Positions 39,479 to 42,355 of a stretch of 42,355 nt of DNA are shown here, one piece after another. Positions within the stretch are counted from its first letter, which is position 1. Each line of letters begins with the position of its first letter. Source of the DNA: Sphingomicrobium sp. (GTDB lineage: Bacteria > Pseudomonadota > Alphaproteobacteria > Sphingomonadales > Sphingomonadaceae); assembly GCA_036268895.1 (NCBI GenBank), contig DATATH010000069.1, positions 1-42,355 on the forward strand, in the 5' to 3' direction. Under the pieces are notes generated by a model, which saw only the letters and a list, made by a program, of their open reading frames with translations, did no database searches and was not told the origin of the DNA. A program made the translations under genes and the position numbers.

Positions 39479-39621
39479 GCCGTGGCGACGATAGATGGCG
39501 AGACGCGGTCCTTAAGCTACGTCCCATTGGCGGGATTCGAACCCGCATCTCCTGGTTACCCAGGCGCTTTACTCGTCGGACCTCATTTGCGGGATGTAGT
39601 CCCACCGGCATTCGCCACGGC
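39479..39621 (-). ncRNA. Y RNA-like unit 2 (opened in the D loop, anticodon arm capped by GUAA)
   Basis: Scaffold plus a GGUCC/GGACC helix enclosing GUAAAGCG-CCUGG-GUAA-CCAGG-AGAU-GCGGG-UUCGAAU-CCCGC...UAGCUUAA. Confidence 0.75.
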
Positions 39622-39636
39622 CTTGAATTCTCGGTT

Positions 39637-39790
39637 GAAGCGTCACGGCGACGAAGATTGGAAAGGACGGCGCTCCGAAGAGCTGGTGTGCGTCCCATTA
39701 CACTACTGCCTGTTGCCAGGCAGGCGGGACTCGAACCCGCGTCTCCCACGTGACAGGTGTAGTCCTTCCCACCATTCGCCGTGACGCTTC
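39637..39790 (-). ncRNA. Y RNA-like unit 1 (permuted tRNA with a GUC anticodon loop)
   Basis: 14-bp terminal stem GAAGCGUCACGGCG/CGCCGUGACGCUUC, CAC-CUGUCAC-GUG, T arm GCGGG-UUCGAGU-CCCGC, CUGCCUG-GCAA-CAGGCAG, UA, GUGU-AAUGGGAC-GCAC, extra GCUC-UUCG-GAGC. Confidence 0.82.
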
Positions 39791-39793
39791 GTT

Positions 39794-41344
39794 TCAAACC
39801 TCCATTTCTTTCACTTCGGCGACCCAGTCGCGCTCACCTTCACCGAGGGCGAAGGTCGAGAGCGTCTCGAACACCGCGTCGGAGAAGCCTCCGACATTCA
39901 GGATATCCTTCTGGCTCGCGGCCTGGGTCGTCCCGTAGGGCTGGAGATCGATGCAAACGAGCTTGGCCCGCGGGCATCGGTTCTTCAGTACTTCCCATTC
40001 TCGCATCGTAGCGGTTGCTCCGGTGCGGCGGGCATCGACCCAGGACTCATTGTCCGAAACGATGACGACCAAGTCGACCTTCGCACGGCGCTTGTTCAGC
40101 ATCGCCAGGGGAGCCGAGACGTTGGTCCCACCTCCGCCGATCGAGGCCAGCTTGGCGGCATTCACCGCCACTCGTGCCCCGGGCTTGAGCGTCAACGAGA
40201 CGACGCGCTGCTCGAACGGCAGAACCTCCGTACGGGGGTTCCGTCGAAGAACCGCAGCCGAGACCAACGCCGCAACGTCGATGCACCGCACCTTCGAAGA
40301 GGCTCCCTTCCGGTAACCCGTCACGGGCGAGGCCATCGACCCGGACACGTCTGGGCAGACGACCACCTGGCCTTCGAGAGCCGGTACCTTCGACAACGAG
40401 GTCTCGAGTGCCGTCTCCAGTGCAGCCTGCACCTTTAGCGGAACGTCCTCGCAGACTGAGCCCAGCGCCACCATCAGCTGGTAAGGCAGGACTCGCGCCT
40501 TGGTCAGCGCTTCCTCGTCAGACAGACGGGCAGCAACCATCTCCGCAACGCCATCGACACCGAACGCTCCCTTTCGAGCGAGCGCGTTGAGGTTCATGCG
40601 AAGGGCCTGCCAACCCATGCGCGAAGCAAGCTCGGCCCACTCCTGCGGCGACAGCTCGAAAGCCGTCAGCCACTCGAACGGGACATTCGGAAGCGGACCG
40701 TTTCGGTAGTGCTTCCAAGCCTCGAACGCTGCGATCTCCGCCGGCAGCTCATCGACATCGTATGGCTTCCCGATCAGCCAGGCGTAGAACGCCTTGCGGC
40801 TCTCATCCGCCGGCTTCGGGTGAACCATCTTGACGATGTCCGCGAGTGACGGATCGTTGCCCGTCGCAGCCTGCATCAGCTTGCCGAAAGGCGCTCGCTC
40901 CAGCCACTGCTGGACGAGGCGCTTCGGCCGCGTGCCGAGTGACTTCCGCCCGACGACGCCGGAGCGCATGATCTGCACGAAGTTGCGCAGCATGCGCCCA
41001 TTGTCGATCACGCGGTTGAACACGCGAACCGCGAGCTCAGGCTCCGCGACCGTCAGGTAGGCAGCGAGCAGGGCGGGCATATCCTTCATGACACCACGGC
41101 CGCGCGCGTAGACTGCAGCCTTGGCAACGAAGATCGGCTCAACCTTCCGTGCAGCCTCCAGCACTTCTCCGAGCTGCACTTCAGCAGTCGAGTAAAAGTT
41201 GTCCTGGAGCGTCCCGGTCGCGGCGAGCTGGGCCAGCTTGTGCTCAGGACCGTACTCGTAGGCCGGAGCCCACTCGCGATTAAGCACGTTCGGCACCGGC
41301 AGGAGCCGGCCGACTGTGGAAGCAAAAAGGCCCTTGTTGGCCAT
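39794..41344 (-). CDS. rsr: Ro60-related TROVE/vWA RNA-binding protein
   Basis: 516 aa from MANKGLF; helical TROVE region (MKDMPALL, MGWQALRMNL), vWA MIDAS DVSGSM, GGGT, SDNE and GGFSD; located in the rtc operon. Confidence 0.93.
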   Translation of the reverse strand: MANKGLFASTVGRLLPVPNVLNREWAPAYEYGPEHKLAQLAATGTLQDNFYSTAEVQLGEVLEAARKVEPIFVAKAAVYARGRGVMKDMPALLAAYLTVAEPELAVRVFNRVIDNGRMLRNFVQIMRSGVVGRKSLGTRPKRLVQQWLERAPFGKLMQAATGNDPSLADIVKMVHPKPADESRKAFYAWLIGKPYDVDELPAEIAAFEAWKHYRNGPLPNVPFEWLTAFELSPQEWAELASRMGWQALRMNLNALARKGAFGVDGVAEMVAARLSDEEALTKARVLPYQLMVALGSVCEDVPLKVQAALETALETSLSKVPALEGQVVVCPDVSGSMASPVTGYRKGASSKVRCIDVAALVSAAVLRRNPRTEVLPFEQRVVSLTLKPGARVAVNAAKLASIGGGGTNVSAPLAMLNKRRAKVDLVVIVSDNESWVDARRTGATATMREWEVLKNRCPRAKLVCIDLQPYGTTQAASQKDILNVGGFSDAVFETLSTFALGEGERDWVAEVKEMEV

Positions 41345-41364
41345 GGCATCTTCCCTTCGTTTCC

Positions 41365-41440
41365 TGGTCAGGGCGGCTGGGCTCGAACCAGCGGCCCTCG
41401 GCTTCCAAAGCCGATGCTCTCCCGACTGAGCTACACCCTG
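41365..41440 (-). tRNA. tRNA-Pro(TGG), atypical (A37)
   Basis: Acceptor CAGGGTG/CGCCCTG, D arm GCTC-AGTCGGGA-GAGC, TCGGC-TTTGGAA-GCCGA, GCTGG-TTCGAGC-CCAGC, ACCA; 76 nt. Confidence 0.88.
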
Positions 41441-41528
41441 ACTTCCCGGGGCGGCTGGCCCATTCCAGCCGCCCCGCCGCGTTGCCGGGCAGGTTCGCGA
41501 TAGCGTCGCCGTCCGACCCATTCGTAAG

Positions 41529-41545
41529 AGCAAGGCGCGTGCCAA
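41529..41545 (-). promoter_or_regulatory. Sigma54 (-24/-12) promoter of the rtc operon
   Basis: Minus strand TTGGCACGCGCCTTGCT matches TGGCAC-N5-TTGC(A/T); adjacent to the divergent sigma54 activator rtcR. Confidence 0.9.
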
Positions 41546-41653
41546 ACGGATCGACAGTCGATGAGAAGGACTCTTAAGCTTCTGTATCCGTACCGTTTTT
41601 ATGAGGCATCGCCCGATCCAGGTGTCCCAAGGCACGATCTCAGCAAGGCAGAT

Positions 41654-41695
41654 TTCTTATCGACAGTTCTAGCAATTTAGATCATCGTATAAGAA
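41654..41695. promoter_or_regulatory. Candidate RtcR upstream activating sequence
   Basis: AT-rich imperfect dyad TTCTTAT-CGA..TCTA-GCAATT-TAGA..TCG-T-ATAAGAA, about 110-150 bp upstream of the sigma54 promoter. Confidence 0.55.
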
Positions 41696-42355
41696 TGAAA
41701 CCCACTGTCGTGATCGGATTTCTCGGCTCGACGCTTGACGCCAGCAAGATGGGCCCATCGCGCTGGAACAAATGGCGGCCGACCGTGGGCATGTGCATGC
41801 ACGAGGACCTCCGGGTGGACCGGCTCGAACTGATCCACGGCGGGATTCATGAAGGTCTCGCGCGTTATCTCACCTCGGACATCGCGGGCGTCTCGCCTGA
41901 GACCAAAGTCGTGCCGCGGCGCATGGACTTCGCCGATCCGTGGGACTTCGAGGAAGTCTACGGAAAGCTGCTCGACTTCGCCCGGGCCTATCAGTTTGAC
42001 CCCGACGCCGAAAACTATCTGGTCCACATCACGACGGGCACCCACGTCGCCCAGATCTGCCTCTTCCTGCTTACGGAAGCGCGCGATCTCCCCGGCCGAT
42101 TGCTTCAGACCCATCCACCGCGCGGCCAGGGCAAGAGCATCGCCGGTGACTGGAGCGTCATCGACCTCGACCTATCCCGATACGACAGCATCGCGACACG
42201 GTTCGCGGTTGCCGCGGCGGAAGGTAGCTCGTTCCTCAAATCCGGAATCGAAACGCGCAACGCCGCCTTCAACCGGATGATCGATGAGATCGAGCAAGTC
42301 GCGGTCCGTTCGCGAGCGCCGTTGCTGCTGGTGGGACCGACCGGCGCCGGCAAGT
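41695..42355 (+). CDS. rtcR: RtcR sigma54-dependent activator (CARF-type sensor plus AAA+), truncated by the window end; absent from the ORF track
   Basis: MKPTVVIGFLGSTLD...RWNKWRPTV...DPWDFEEVYG..LVHITTGTHVAQIC...IDLDLSRYD...FLKSGIETRN...LLVGPTGAGK (Walker A). Confidence 0.95.
   Translation, partial: MKPTVVIGFLGSTLDASKMGPSRWNKWRPTVGMCMHEDLRVDRLELIHGGIHEGLARYLTSDIAGVSPETKVVPRRMDFADPWDFEEVYGKLLDFARAYQFDPDAENYLVHITTGTHVAQICLFLLTEARDLPGRLLQTHPPRGQGKSIAGDWSVIDLDLSRYDSIATRFAVAAAEGSSFLKSGIETRNAAFNRMIDEIEQVAVRSRAPLLLVGPTGAGK

Noticed and set aside
38920-39760. Ordinary tRNA gene cluster
   Set aside because: Arm order is permuted (T arm before D arm), acceptor stems are closed by loops, and no unit ends in a free NCCA.
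38888-39790. CRISPR array interpretation of the recurring ATGTAGTCC...GCATTCGCC motif
   Set aside because: The repeats are degenerate with compensatory pairing, unit lengths vary from 70 to 154 nt, the 'spacers' are tRNA-like structures, and there are no cas genes.
39054-39797. 247-aa ORF (and the 104-aa ORF 38942-39256) across the array
   Set aside because: No protein motif and low-complexity Arg/Ser/Gly composition; better explained as chance open frames through GC-rich structured RNA.
41345-41635. N-terminal extension of the 613-aa rsr ORF
   Set aside because: It runs through the sigma54 promoter and the tRNA-Pro; the ATG at 41344 has a purine-rich RBS and gives a typical length.
41630-41645. 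Second sigma54-like site on the plus strand (AGGCAC-GATCT-CAGCA) before rtcR
   Set aside because: GG-N10-GC spacing is right, but it lacks the conserved T before GG and the TT before GC; too weak to call.
41677-42353. ORF-track calls 41677-42114, 41849-42280 and 42105-42353
   Set aside because: The real gene is rtcR in another plus-strand frame starting at 41695, missed by the track because it has no stop inside the window.

Overview
GC-rich alphaproteobacterial chromosome segment, most consistent with a Sphingomonadaceae member (inferred from gene content and protein style). About 1-35.7 kb is mostly housekeeping and metabolic: a cupredoxin-like/GGDEF-EAL module, lldD, maiA, ptrB, aminopeptidase P, threonine aldolase, hmgA-fahA, a persulfide dioxygenase, an argH / argG-F-B-J-C / argR cluster with tandem ARG boxes, an ECF sigma-FecR pair, rarA, a PadR regulator and three standard tRNAs. 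The last 6.6 kb is a sigma54/RtcR-controlled RNA-repair operon on the minus strand: tRNA-Pro(UGG), rsr (Ro60/TROVE), a ~900-bp RNA array, rtcB, an RlaP-type nucleotidyltransferase and rtcA, divergent from rtcR. The most striking element is that array (38888-39790). It holds seven tandem Y-RNA(YrlA)-like units that share a covarying stem scaffold, but each carries a different tRNA-derived insert: permuted at different points, with or without an anticodon loop, or reduced to one arm. All calls come from reading the sequence and recognising motifs; no database searches or folding computations were run.
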